From assembly GCF_963921235.1 (NCBI RefSeq), contig NC_086097.1:134232001-134296000 (forward strand): 64,000 bases of DNA, read 5' to 3'. A program made the position numbers and the translations under genes. Source of the stretch: Mobula hypostoma. Its lineage: Eukaryota. Under the pieces are notes generated by a model. The model worked only from the letters and a program-made list of their open reading frames with translations, was not told the origin of the DNA and searched no databases. Shown piece after piece: positions 12,580 to 25,310 of the stretch. Within the stretch, counting starts at the first letter, position 1; the number at the start of each line of letters is the position of its first letter.

Positions 12580-13580
12580 TCTGGTTACGATGGTGCTACT
12601 GAACGCCTGCAATAGCTCGCTGGTAGCTAAACTGTTAAGAAATCTGATTAGAAACATCACTAACGTAAATTGTGTTAAATTATCGCCACAAAAGGTGAAA
12701 GGGACAAGCGATGGCGAGGCGAGTTCAGAAGATGAGCCAACATGGTGCAGAATTGTTGCAAATGGAGTTCCGATGCCCGTACAACTGGCCGGGATGTGAG
12801 GTTCGATCACTCTGGGGAGATGTCGGGGCCCAGGCAGAGCAGATTTGATGTATGCACAACTGGCCCGGGGTGTGAGGTTGGATCACTCTGGGTGCTGAGC
12901 TGATTTGAAGAGCTTGAGAGCAGCTTCAGGCTGGGCAGCAAAACCTGGGCCCGGAGCAAGTCATTGGGTGACGTGCTCTAGGCCCCAACCCCTTCGCACT
13001 AGCCAGGTTCTAGTGTAAGGTACAATCTGCGGTTCAAACAGTTTAAATATCGTCCCAGATCAGAGGCAAGAGCTGATTTTGCTTTCTGACTGCAATGTTC
13101 ACACCTCTCTCCAGGCTGCTGGAACCTTTCGCTGTTCCATTGTTTGGTCAATTTAAATGTCGGCCCAGAAAGGCTGAAAAGACAGGGTGTCAGGATCCGA
13201 GGCAAAACCCGATTTTGCTCGTTTTCCATGATGGTCACTCCTCTCTCCATGGCGCTGAGGCTATGAAAACTGCCCCAGCTGCTGTGCCCTGTGCAAGCTA
13301 ATATGATGAACTGATAAGCGAGGCTTTGGGCCTACTCCAGACTACTCCAGAGTTCGGATCTGAGGACTCAATTTGGTTCGGAATGTTGTTGTTCACTTCA
13401 ACTGTCTGCATGATATATGTTTTATTTTCCTTTCTCTTTCAGGTGTTGGTCTTTCATGTACAGTATTTATTTCTTCTTTAATTGGATTTTTTTTTCACGT
13501 TTCTTGCTTTGTGGCTACCTGTGAGCAAACAAATCTATAATTTATTAATTCTTTGATAATAGATGTAATTGAATCTTTGC
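12580..13580 (+). mobile_element. Putative non-autonomous retroelement ending in a Rex-like tail
   Basis: GC-rich non-coding body ending ttgtggctacctgtgag..ttgataatagatgtaattgaatcttt; similar architecture at 38190-38825. 5' boundary uncertain. Confidence 0.45.
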
Positions 13581-14369
13581 ATTTGAAGGTCTACATTGTA
13601 AGGGTTAACCTTTGTATTTCATATTTCCTAATCACATGAGGCCATTTGGACTATTAAGTTTATGTCAGTTCACAAAACAATCTTATCTCCCTTTTCTAAT
13701 TTTCCCTCTCTATTCTTCATGCATTACCATCAACTCCTGCCAGACTCTACCACTTACTTACACATTGGCGAGAAATTACACTGGCCAATCTGAAAAGGGG
13801 GATGAATCAAGCATGTGAAAAAGGACTTTGTGCTTTCCCGGCGTATATGACGCACAAACTCTTCTCGGGCTCCCAGCCGGGTCCAGGTGCACCATGCACG
13901 TAGTTACAAAGAGATCTTGCAAACTTCATGCTGATAGCACCAGAGGTCAGGATTGAACCTGCTTCTCCCAGTGACTCTAATGGTTGCACCACTGTGCCAC
14001 CCAGATTCCCTAGATTATTCAATATTCTTTACGCAGCTGTTATTTGAGAAAGGATAGAGAGAAAGTACAAGGAGCTATAGGCCAGTTAGTCTTCCATCAA
14101 CTGTAAGGAAAAGTGAAATCATCTATTAGAAGACTCAAAGCAGTCAGGCAGTGTTAACAAAGAGAGATAATGTTTAACAAATCTGCCTGAGTTTTTGAGG
14201 GTGTCATCTGGAGAGCAAATAAGGGGGGGAATGGATGCGGTGTATCTTGATTTTCTGAAGGTATTCAATAAAATGCATAACGTTAGGGCTGCGGAAAGCA
14301 TTGGGTAAGATATTAACACAGACTTACAACTGCTCATGGATAGAAATCAGAGCAGGTATCAGCAGCGCC

Positions 14370-14550
14370 ACACAAAATGCTGAAGGAACCCAGCAGGTCA
14401 GGCAGAATCTGTCGGGATTCTTTTCATGACTGCTTCGTGCAGGAAATAAGCTCTCGGCATTTCGGGTTGGGACCCTTCATCAGGACTGGAAAGATAGAAG
14501 CCGGAAGCCTGTATAAAAGGGTGGGGAAAGGGGTGGAGCAAGAGCTGGCA
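14370..14550 (-). mobile_element. PLE 3'-end fragment with hammerhead-like motif
   Basis: cacaaaatgctg..cagcaggtcaggcag..tttcgggttgggacccttcatcaggactgg, homologous to the PLE tail. Confidence 0.75.
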
Positions 14551-15504
14551 GGTGACAGGTGGATCCAATGGGTGGATGGTTGGATGGAAATCAGTGGAAT
14601 GGTGTAATGATCGAGTGTTTAATTACCGGATATTTTGAGTCAAGATTATAACAGCCAGTATGAAGGTTGGGTGACTGGAACCTAAATTGTAGACGACTAA
14701 TGTAAAGATTTGGGGATACAAGCTTAAATCATACCATGACTGCTATGAATTTAAATCACAGCTATTATATAAATTTGGAGTTAAAAGGCTTGTAGTGGCT
14801 ATGAAACTGATAGTTCGTCATAAAAAACCTTCTGGTTCACGATGTCCATCCTTACCTGGTACGGTCTACATAAGTCTAGACCCATAAAATCACAGTTTGC
14901 TCTTCACTACCCTCTGAACTGAGCTAGCAATACAATGAATAGCTGCTGTAGCAAAGAAAGCCAGGTCATCTATGATGTGAACTATTATCATAAGAACATA
15001 TGCTTAGTTTTGATGTAAGTATACGTTATGGCCACAAACATTTATACGGAATAAAATGCATCCAGAATATAAAGGGCTTGGGGGGAGCAATGAACCGCAA
15101 TACATTTAAGTACAGGGGAAGGACAGGGAAACCACCAGATAACTGGAAAATCCTTAGTGTTCTTCCAGATATTTTTAGAGTCAGAAGCAGATCTGGAGAA
15201 TTATAGGCTGTAGTCTTGATGTCTATATTAGGGAAACACTGCGATCTATTATAAAGGAAGTGATTTCAAGAGTGTTTAACTAAAGGCAATAATTCCAGCC
15301 CAGCATGGGTGTGTGAATGGCAGATCAGCCCCATCACATTTATCTGAATTTTTCTAAGCTATGAATCACAAGGGGAGGGTAAGTGATGTGCTTCTGGACC
15401 TCCAGAATGGGACAAGATGTTCTTTTTATGTTCAACAAGAAACATAACTCTTGGATATGATCTTGAAAAGGCTATTAATCTATTTACAATTTAGGAAATG
15501 TTAT

Positions 15505-15740
15505 GGTAGGGTAGCGGTTAGCATAATGCTATCACAGCGCCGGGTTCAATTCCCCGCTGCTATCTGCAAGGAGCTTGTACATTCTGCTTGTGACCGTGTG
15601 GGTCTCCTCCATGTTCCAAAGACGTGCGGGTTAGCAAGTCAGTTAGCCACGTGCATTGGGCAGTGCAGGTTTGTAGCCGGGGTGAATGTTATGGTGCTGC
15701 TTCGCTAAACAAAAATAAAAATAAAACACATGTCAAAGAT
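15505..15740 (+). mobile_element. V-SINE
   Basis: gtagcggttagc..gggttcaattcccgc..aaggagcttgtac..ccaaagacgtgcgggttag. Confidence 0.75.
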
Positions 15741-15872
15741 AAAAATCTGGGATTACTTTAATTTGATAAACAAAGTTTTGGCCTCTGTGTTAACTATGAT
15801 CACCAAACTATCGTTGTGGGTATTCTAGATCAAATGACGTGAACCGAGAGCATCATAGTACCACGGTCAAAC

Positions 15873-16298
15873 TGTCGCTACGTTCGGATATGGCCCAAGT
15901 GCGAGCCAGAGACACTGAGGCAGGGCAGTAGTCACCGACTTTAATGCAAACAGAGTTAGAGTGAAAAGAAAACAATAAACGCTAGGCCAAACAGGGACAT
16001 TAACTAAAACTCTCAAATGGAAAAATAAAGCCAACACTGCGGCTGAAAGGATTAACAAAGTATAAAACGAATACCGCTAGACTTCAGAGTCAATTGACTT
16101 GACAGTCCAATTTCTCAGGCCAGGCTGAGTGCAAGCAGGCAGCGAAATGTTGTTGCGCTTTGCTCAAGTCTCAACAAACGCTAAGATGAAAAGAAAGGAG
16201 TTAAATACCATCACAATGAAATTATAATTAGCTGACATGTGCATATTCACAAGCGCAATTGCCGTATTTGCTGCGCTGCCGAATCCGTGGTTGTGACA
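15873..16298 (-). mobile_element. Solo-LTR-like element (~426 bp)
   Basis: TGTCGCTAC...GTTGTGACA inverted termini (TG..CA), CpG-rich, minus-strand ATTAAA near 15940; imperfect 5-bp flanks caaac/cagat. Confidence 0.55.
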
Positions 16299-16559
16299 CA
16301 GATTGATACTAAATTAACAATCTCACACAAAGATAGCAGTCTGGCACTGGTAATCAAAAAATTAATCTCTGAAGTGGAGTTTGGGAACATTATAGGGCTA
16401 ATTACTTCTCCCCGACTACATTACACAGCTCTTGGAGAGCGGCACTTCTGAACATATCCTTCAATACAGACTGCACAATGCAGTCATGAAGAGGATTCTG
16501 ATCAATGCATGGATCACAGAATCTCAGAGTAGGTCACTCAACCCATCATGACAGAGACG

Positions 16560-16755
16560 GGGGGTGGGGGAAGAAAGTCGCTGTAGAGGGAATAGCAAAG
16601 AAAGGGCAAGTTGTGGAAGGGAGAGAGAAAGGGGACAAGTTATAGAGTGGAAGAAAAAGAGAGGGTGGTTGTAAAGAGGGATAGAAAAAGTGATAGGAGG
16701 ACGAGAGGGGCAGAAGAAAGGTAAACAATGAGGGAAGAAAGTAGGGAAGAGGATG
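16560..16755. repeat. Purine-rich low-complexity tract
   Basis: Almost exclusively G/A on the + strand. Confidence 0.7.
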
Positions 16756-17724
16756 GCTTTCTCGCTTTCCTTCCTTCCCCTTCCCCATCTCCGAAGACCA
16801 ATTGTGGAACTAGCACTCCACCAAGAGTTGTGAATAGAACTGAACATTGTACAACAAATGGCAAACAGCCTCACTCCCAATTGTACAACAGAACAACAGC
16901 CGTTTCATAAGTAGCTGAGACAGCTAGGCTGAGAAAAGGGCAATAATTCCTGCAATGCTTCAGGACTTTGACCGGAGTCTGATCACTACATTGACTTCTT
17001 CTGTGACTTAACTAGCTCTCAGCTTTCTTGGGACGCCTTTAGTTTATGTGGTGCTTTGATGATGAGATCACTTCTCTGACATTCAGCACTTGAATCCATA
17101 TCCAGATCGACACGTTGTTAAGTGCCAGTGTTAAAGTTGTTTTGGGATGACTTGGTTACCAGGAAGATGTAAGCTTCATGTGAGAGTTTTTTTTTAAGTA
17201 TGTGCGCTGCCTACAAGCCCAGGTTTTGTTGCCCATCCCTAATTGGCTTTGCTAAGGTGGTGGTGAGCTGTCACGTTGAACTGCTTCAGTTCAGCTGGTG
17301 AAAGTCTTCCCACACTGGGGAAAGTGCAAAATCCACGCAACACCCAACGACAGTGAAGGACCAGCGGTATATTTCTAAGTCAGGATGTTGTGTTACATTG
17401 AATACATCCTGCAGTTGGTAGTGTTTCCCTGGTTCTGCTGCCTTGGTGGTGGGCATCATTGACTTGTGAGGTGCCAAGTTTAAAGACAATTGAAAGCAGT
17501 GTCCACAGCCTTCCTCCGCTCAGCCAATTTCTAAGCATACAATGAATGTTCTTAATGGGATGAACAGTGGCTTTAGCCTTATCAACTGATTCTGGGATTG
17601 CCTTAGTACTCAATCTTTAGTGCTCTAATATTTAGCTTTACCGTGGTTCAGGATGAGGTTGTTTGTGGAACTTCCTCCCATTACTACTTGACTGGTCCTT
17701 TCTCGACACTGCCAATGATGCCTC

Positions 17725-18000
17725 AGTAGTACAGCGGTTAGTGTGATGCAATTACAGCCCAGGGTGTTGGAGTTTCGAGTCCTCTCTAAGGGCTCTTCGT
17801 ACGTCCTTCCCCCTTGGAATGCATGAATTTTCTCCAGGTCCTCTGGTTTCCTCCAAAGACGTACTGGTTAGGTTAACTGGTCATTGTAAATTTTTCCGTG
17901 ATTAGATTAAGGCTAAACCTGGGTTGTCAGAGGTTGCTGGCTGGCACAGCTGGAAGGGCCAGAATGGCCTATTACACATGGTATCTTTAAATAAATAAAC
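17725..18000 (+). mobile_element. V-SINE
   Basis: agcggttagtgtg..gtttcgagtcc..ctctggtttcctccaaagacgtactggttaggttaactggtcattgtaaatt; (taaa)n tail. Confidence 0.8.
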
Positions 18001-18009
18001 TGTATGCAT

Positions 18010-18332
18010 TAAGACCATAAGATATAGGAGCCAAATTAAGTTATCAGCCCACCGAGTCTGCTCTGTCATTCAACCAGGGCTGTTTTTTCCCTTTTCTGAA
18101 ATACATTTTATTGCCTTCTTCCCGTAAACATTGACCCCCACTTATCATTAAGAACCTATCAATTTCTGCCTTTTATTCACCAAATAATGGCCTCCACAGC
18201 AGTAAATTCCACAGATTTACCACCCTCTGTCTGAAGAAATACCTCCTCATTTCAGTTCTAAAGATACATCCTTTTATTCTGAAGTTATGTCCTCAGATCC
18301 GAGACTCTCACACCAATGCAAACATTCTCCAT
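18010..18332 (-). mobile_element. CR1 3' fragment
   Basis: aagaccataagatataggagc..aattccacagatttaccaccctctgtctgaagaaat. Confidence 0.7.
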
Positions 18333-19896
18333 AAGACAAAGGTTGGGTGCATTTCTGTGATTGCAAGGTCATAAATTCATATGGTGATTGCATGAAGCTT
18401 GAAGGCTAGACTAGTGATTCATAGACATGAGTCTAAGCTAAACGGTAAATTTAAATTTAATTAATGAAAAGAATCAAAAGCTAGCTTCAATAATGGTAAC
18501 CATGAAAGCACTACATTTGCAAAAATTCAGCAGGGCTATCAATGTCTTTTAGGGAAGGAATTCTATTGACCTTTATGTGATTCCACATCCGCAGTAATGT
18601 GATTGGCTCTTCTCTGAAATGGTCCAGCAAGCTACTCATCTTATTGCAGGAGGTATAAACTCCTAAAGCCCAGCAGCACCAAGTTCAAGAACAGCTACTT
18701 CCCCTAAGCCGTTCGTTTCTTGGATCTATCTAATCACAACAGCTTAGTGCTATGACCACTTTGATCGCTCTGCACTAAAATTCACTTTGGTCGTTTTTGT
18801 TCTAATTGTGTTCTTTCTTGCAAAAAAAACTGCGTAATTGATGTTTTTCTCCCCCCCCCCATGGATGCTGCTTATATGATTCCATGTGCCTGCGATGCTG
18901 CAAGTAAGTAAGTGCTTCATTGAACTTGTGCATACATATACTTGTGCACAAGACAATGAGCTCAGCTGGCTCTTATCAAGGCCACCACAGTGAACAGCTT
19001 GAGGTGCAGACTCACTACCATCTTCCCAACGTTGATTAGAAATAGGCAATAGATAATGAGGACAGTCTTATACTATAAATGAATAAGCAGAATATAATAG
19101 CTTTGTGTCTTTCTTTGAGGCAAGTTAGACTTTCACAGGAATGTCTCTCTATACTCTTTACTGAACTAAATAAGGAATAAACAATATGACATAAGGTGAG
19201 GTTTAACTTTGAGGATTAGGACTCAGCCTCACAATCTACTTGTCATGGTCTTGCATCTTGTTGTCAGCCTGCACTGCACTTTCTCTGTAAAGGTAACACT
19301 TTATTCTGCATTCTGTTATTGTTTTACCTTTTAATCCCTTGAGGTACTTACGGGAAGAAATGGTGTGTATGGTTAGCATGCAAAACGAAGTTTTTCACTG
19401 TACCTCAGTACACGTGACAGTAAACAACTACGTACCATCTCCTGGTTGATGAGCAGAGTATTAGCACCACATTGTACAATGGTGAGCATTCTCACAATGA
19501 CAGTAGGTGATTAATCCCACCAGTATTATCATGGACAAGATTGGCCAGTCACAGGTTACCTTAAAGCAGCTGTCCTTCCTTGGATTCCTTGGATGCAGAC
19601 TCAACCCTCTCTGTTTCCCTATCCTTCAAGACCTGGTTTGATGGTCACAAGCTTAGTCTTGTTGTAGACTTTGAATCGCACCACTTACTGCAGTCCCCAA
19701 AGTGTTGATAGTCATAAACACTTCCTTTTGTTCTGTGACAGTAGAGACTGGAATCAGTACATGAACTTCAAATATCAAGCGCCAGTCGTAAATAAACTCA
19801 AGGGTATTAGACCAAATAACTCCATGCTCTAATTCTTTGTGCAATCCCGCCAAAGGCTAATTTTACCATTAACAACTTTTGAAAAATATAAAGGTA

Positions 19897-22285
19897 CAGG
19901 TTGAGTACCCCTTACCCGAAACTCCACAATCCGAAAACGTCAGAAATCCAAATTTTTTTTGAGCACCAACATAACATCACAAATGGAAAGTTCCACAAGA
20001 CGCTGGGAAGGTTCTTCGGTAATGCACAGGTCTCTGCACACCACAGGCAGACAGAGAAGTGAACAGGAGTTAAGGAAAAATAGAAAGATACTGTAAACAG
20101 TGAAAAGTGAAGATCTCGATCGTGTCATCAGCATCGGGGTGCACATCTACCATTTAACAGTATGCTGATCATAAAACAAGAAAAGATCTATCATGACAAG
20201 CTGAAATTTGAAGGTAATTGTGAATATTCAACAGGCTGGTTGTACAAATTTAAGAAAAGGCACAGCATTAAAGTTTTTAAAGCATCTGCTGATCACAAAA
20301 ATCTAACACCAGAACAAGTCTATGATGTTGATTCTTTTTATACCTTACATAACAGCATTAAATTTTTAAAGCATCGCTGATGAAAAGCTAACATCAGAAC
20401 AAATCTACAATGTTGATTGTTTTTATAATTTACATGAAACCTAAAAAAAAGTAGAATACAAAACCTGTGTACTGTAACCTTTTCATAAAAAACATGACGT
20501 TGTAGGTGGAGACTGAAAGCCTGCCATTGTTTGTGGATGTTCAACAGCTGATTCAGGTATTCTCCTAATGCTGTTGTGCGGCTTTTGTTACCCTGCACAC
20601 ATTCTATTTTCATTATATTAATGGTATGTGAGAATTTTTACTGTGAGTAGATAGATGTGATTAACAAGTGTAAGACAAACACTGCTTACTGGTAGCTCAT
20701 AAATTCAAAGTTCAAAGTTCAAAATTTCAAAGTAAATTTTTCATCAAAGTGCATATATGTCACCATATACAACCCTGAGATTCATTTTCTTGTGGCTTAC
20801 TGAATAAATCCATAATAGAATAATAACCATAATAGAATCAATGAAAGACCGCACCAAATGGGCATGCAACCAGTGTGAAAAAGAAAACAAACTGTGCAAA
20901 TACAAAAAGAAAGAAATAATAATAATAATAAATAAATAAACAATAAATATTGAGAACATGAGATGAAGAGACCTTGTAAGTGAATCCATAGGTTGTGGGA
21001 ACACTTACTGATGGGTTAAGTGAAGTTGAGTGAAGTTGTCCCCTCTGGTTCAAGAGCCTGGTAGTTGGGGGTTAATGTTCCTCAACCTGGTGGTGTGAAT
21101 CCTAAGGCTCTTGCACCTTCTTCCTGATGGCAGCAGCGAGAAGAAAGCATGACCTGGGTGGTGGGGCTCACTGATGATGGATGTTACGTTCCTGCGACAA
21201 CGCTCTGAGTAGATGTGCTCAATGGTGGGGAGGGCTTTACTCGTGATGGACTGGACCATATCCACTAGGATTTTCAGTTGAAGAGCATTGGTGTTTCCAT
21301 ACCAGCCTGTGATCAGCCAGTCAATCTATAGAGCTTTGCCAAAGCTTTAGATGTCATGCTGAATCTCCACAAACTCCTAAGGAAGTAAAGGCAATGCTAT
21401 GCTTTCTGCATAATTGCGCTTACATGCTAGACCCTGGACAGATTTTCTGAAGCGATAACACCAAGGAATTTAAAGCTGCTGATCCTCTCCAACTCTGATC
21501 CTCTGATGAGGCCTAGTTCATGGGCCTCTGGTTTCCTCTTACTGAAGTCAATAATCTGTTCCTTGGTCTTGTTGACATTAGGCAAGAGATTGTTGTTGAG
21601 GCACCGTTCAGCAGGATTTTCAATCTCCCTCCTATATGCTGATTCATCATCACCTTTGATTTGGCCTATGGCTGTGGGGTCATCAACAAACTTGAATATG
21701 GCTTTGGAGCTGTGCTTAGCCTCACCATCACAAGTGTAAAGTGAGTAGAGCAGGGGCTAAGCACACAAACTTATGGTGCATCTGTACTGATGGAATTTGT
21801 GGAGGAGATATGGTTGCCAATCTAAACTGATGGGGTTGCAAGTGAGGAAATTGAGGGTCTAATTGCACAAGGAGGTACTGAGGCCAAGATTTTGAAGCTT
21901 GTTAATTAGTTTTCAGGGGATGATAGTTTTGAATGCCCAGCTATAGTCAATAAGGAACATTCTGATGAATGCATCTTTACTGTCCGGATGTTCCAGTGTT
22001 GAGGGAAGGGCCAATGAGATGGCATTTGCTGTGGACCTATTGCGCTGGTAGGCAAATTGGAGTGGATCCAAGTTGCTTCTCCAGCAGGAGTTGATATGAT
22101 TCATCACCAACTTTTCGAAACAAGTTCTTACTGTGGATGTAAGTGCTACTGGACGAAAGTCATTGAGGCAGAGATGGAAAGGATGGCGATCCCAAGCTTG
22201 TCATTATATATTTGAAAATTTGAAAAAGTCCAAAATCCAGCACACTTCTGTCCCCAAGCATTTCTGATAAGGGGTACTCAGCCTG
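19897..22285 (+). mobile_element. Tigger4/Zombi-like Tc1/mariner-pogo DNA transposon, internally deleted and interrupted by a LINE
   Basis: TIRs CAGGTTGAGTACCCCTTACCCGAAA / TTTCTGATAAGGGGTACTCAGCCTG, TA on both sides (19895-96, 22286-87); transposase remnant KIYHDKLKFEGNCEYSTGWLYKFKKRHSIK (CENP-B-type HTH) at ~20162-20275. Confidence 0.9.
20704..22170 (-). mobile_element. Rex/Babar-type LINE inserted in the Tigger element
   Basis: (TTCAAAG)n tail at 20704; minus ORFs LDPLQFAYQRNRSTANAI..RMFLIDYSWAFKTIIP and HPGHAFFSLLPSGRR. Confidence 0.9.
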
Positions 22286-23154
22286 TAATATCCCATGCCA
22301 CATAGCTCCAAAAATGCAAGAGTACCACAAAGCCTTAGAGCTGGAGTAGCGTCTAGGTAACATCACACCTTGCCTGTCAATGTGATGGCTCTACTTCAAT
22401 AATGAGCCACTATTTTCACAACTTGTTTGTCGTGATCTCATGGAAGGGTTGAAACATGCAGTTTCCTCAACATAAATTCCTTACAGAAAAAGAAATAAAA
22501 GGGACACGAGATTTTTCAGATGCTGAAATATTTATTTTCCTCCATAGATGCTGCCTGACCTGCAGAGTTCTACAACATATTGTGTATGTTGCTCAGAAAT
22601 AAATGGGAAATAATAGAGCATCTTATGCATTATTCAGCAGAATATTCCACACATTTTTGGAAGAATTTCTATACACAATTGGAGTGCTCCTCATGAAAGG
22701 AACAGCTCTTACTGTGTTACATACAGTGAGATGTCATTGCAAAATACAGTAGCTTTCCTTCCATTTCTTGGGCACTTGGGTTCATTTGAATGGAATTAAA
22801 ATGAGTGGCAAGTCACTCTAATGCTTTTGCATGCCTGGAGAAGGGAATTCCATTGTGAGTTAAAAAAATAAACATTTGCTTTCCAGTTGAAGCATTTCGG
22901 TAAGGACCTGCAGCCAGAAGGCACATCCCAAGAAACAGCTCTCTCCTTCCCCTGTTCTGGTACCAGAGTCAGATGAATTGGATCTCATTTCCCCCACACC
23001 TTGCTTTGAGCCACACAACTGCTTTTCGAATCCTATTGACCCTCAGCCAATCTTCCCATTGCTCAGATAATAAAACTGCACCCTTCACATACACTGTATG
23101 TACAGTGTAGAATATTATTTTCTTGCAGGAAGTGTATTACACACCCAAGCAATC

Positions 23155-24070
23155 AAATTGCCAAGTTGACTGATGACACGGCAGTGGTGGGGCTCATCAC
23201 CAAGACGATAAGACAGCCTACAGAGAAGAGGTGGAAGAGCTCAAGTCCTGGTACCAGGCAAATAACCTCTTGCTTAATATCAACATGTCAAAGGAGATGG
23301 TTATCAACCTCAGGAGAACTCGCACCACTCGCATCAGCAGCACAGCAGTGGAAACTGCAAGCAGTTTCAAACTCTTGGGTGTGCACATCACACACAACCT
23401 TGCATGGTTCAAGAACACATCCTACATGGTCAAGAAAGCTCATCAATGCCTCTGCTATCTGAGGAGGCTTTAAAGAGCCAGAGTTTGCACATCCATACTC
23501 ACATCATTCTACAGATGCACAGGTGAGAGCATCTTCCCTTCTTGGAACAGAGACTCCACTGCAGTAGACAGGGAGGTTCTACAATGGGTCGTCCAAACCA
23601 CCCAGTCCATCACTGGCACCAGCCTACCTGCCGTCAAGGACATAAATACAGAAAGGTGCTGGAAAAGGGCCAGTAACATTATGTAGAATCCTACACACCC
23701 TGATCATGTACAGTTTGTCCCTTTCCCATCATGGAGGAGGCTGCCTAGCATCCACACCAGGACTATCAGTCTCAAAAAGTTACTTTCCCAAAGCAGCAAG
23801 GCTGATCAACACCTCCAATACGTACTTTATTATTTCTCATCTGTCACCTTATGCACTGCCTACTGTCACTTTAGGGATGTACAATCAATGTATATAAGCT
23901 ATCTTATGTATTTATATTTATTGTATGTTGTTTTTAGTTTTGCTATTGTTCCTTATCTTTTGTGGGGGTTTTCTTGTGCTGCATCAGATCCAGAATAACA
24001 ATGATTTCATTCTCCTTACACTTGTGTACAGGAAATTACATTAAACAATCTTGACATCTTGACATTGACA
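23155..24070 (+). mobile_element. Rex/Babar-type LINE 3' fragment
   Basis: DDTAVVGLI, EELKSWYQANNLLLNINMSKEMVI, FKLLGVHI; tail cattaaacaatcttgacatcttgac. Confidence 0.85.
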
Positions 24071-24279
24071 TGCTGCTCCCTATATCTGTAACCTAGAACA
24101 TCTGAGATCTGCAAGTTCCTTCAATTCTAGCTTATTGTAATTAACACACACTTGGCAACTTTACCTTCCCTTGCCCAGGTTAGAAGCTCTGGAACCTTCT
24201 TTCTTTAACTCTTTCTTCTCATTTAGGATAATGTCCAAAACCTACCTCTTTGACCAAAATTTTCAATATATCTGGCCCA

Positions 24280-24740
24280 GCATCAGAATCAGAATCGGGT
24301 TTATTATCATTGATGTATGCTATGTAATTTCTTGTTTTGTGGCAGCAAAGCAGTGCAATGCATAAAACATCACTATACATTACAAAACAAAATATATAAA
24401 ATAGATTAATGTGCAAAACAAAAGCAAAATAGTGTGATGGTGTTCATGGACTGTTCAGAAACCTGATAGCAAAGAAGCTATTACTAAAATGTCGATTGTG
24501 TCTTCTCCCTAATGGTAGTCATGAGAAGGTGGCATGTCCTAGCTGGTGAGGGTCCTGAATGATGGATGCGATCTTCTTGAAGCGCAGCAAAGATGTCCTT
24601 GATGGTGGAGGCCAGTACCCATGGTGGAGGTGGCTTGAGTCTCTGCAGCTTTTTGTGATCCTGTGTATTGGATACTCCATACCAGGTGGTGGTGCAACCA
24701 CTCAGAATGCTCTCCAGGGTGCATCTATAGAAATTTAGTA
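24280..24740 (-). mobile_element. Rex/Babar-type LINE 3' fragment
   Basis: atcagaatcagaatc tail; LNFYRCTLESILSGCTTTWYG. Confidence 0.85.
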
Positions 24741-24799
24741 TCACATTTTATCAGTGGGATGTTTGACTGTATTAAAACCATTGTATATTGTACACTGGT

Positions 24800-25310
24800 A
24801 GGCTAAATCTGAAGGTATGAACATTGAATTTTCTAACTCCCCTCTGCCCCTCCCCTATTTCATGCCTTTTCTTACTGGCCCTGTCACTCGGTCTCTTATC
24901 CCTCCCACACCCTCTCCATCTGCCCATCAGGCAGACATTCCTCCCACCAGTTCCTTTCCAAGCTCCTTCCCATTATTCCTATCCTCTATCCTCTCCTAAC
25001 AAATTCTGTCTTCTTCAGACCCAACACTTCCACCTATTACCTCCCAGCAGCTCCTTACATCATTCCCATCCTCCTCCCTCACTTGTCTATCACTCCCACA
25101 CCAGAATCCACCTATCACCTGCCAGCTCTTGCTCCACCCTTTCTCCCCCCACCCCCCATTTGTTCATACTGGCTATCTTCCCTCTTTTATTAACAGTCCA
25201 GATGAAGGGTCGCAACACAGAACATTGAAAGTCCATTTCCCTCTACTGCTGTTGCAACCAGCATCTTTGTATGTTGCTCCAGATTTCCAGTATCTGCAGT
25301 TTCTCTCATG
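24800..25310 (+). mobile_element. Old PLE 3' end (ORF terminus, pyrimidine-rich UTR, decayed hammerhead)
   Basis: ggtatgaacattgaattttctaac (GMNIEFSN; compare GMNIDFSNFR at 42120-42150), then cagtccagatgaagggtcg and ccagatttccagtatctgcag. Confidence 0.8.

Noticed and set aside
12524..12799. 91-aa ORF with a signal-peptide/lipobox-like stretch (MKKMLRIKSLLVTMVLLNAC)
   Set aside because: Short, no recognisable homology or splice context, and overlaps the probable start of a repeat; likely chance.
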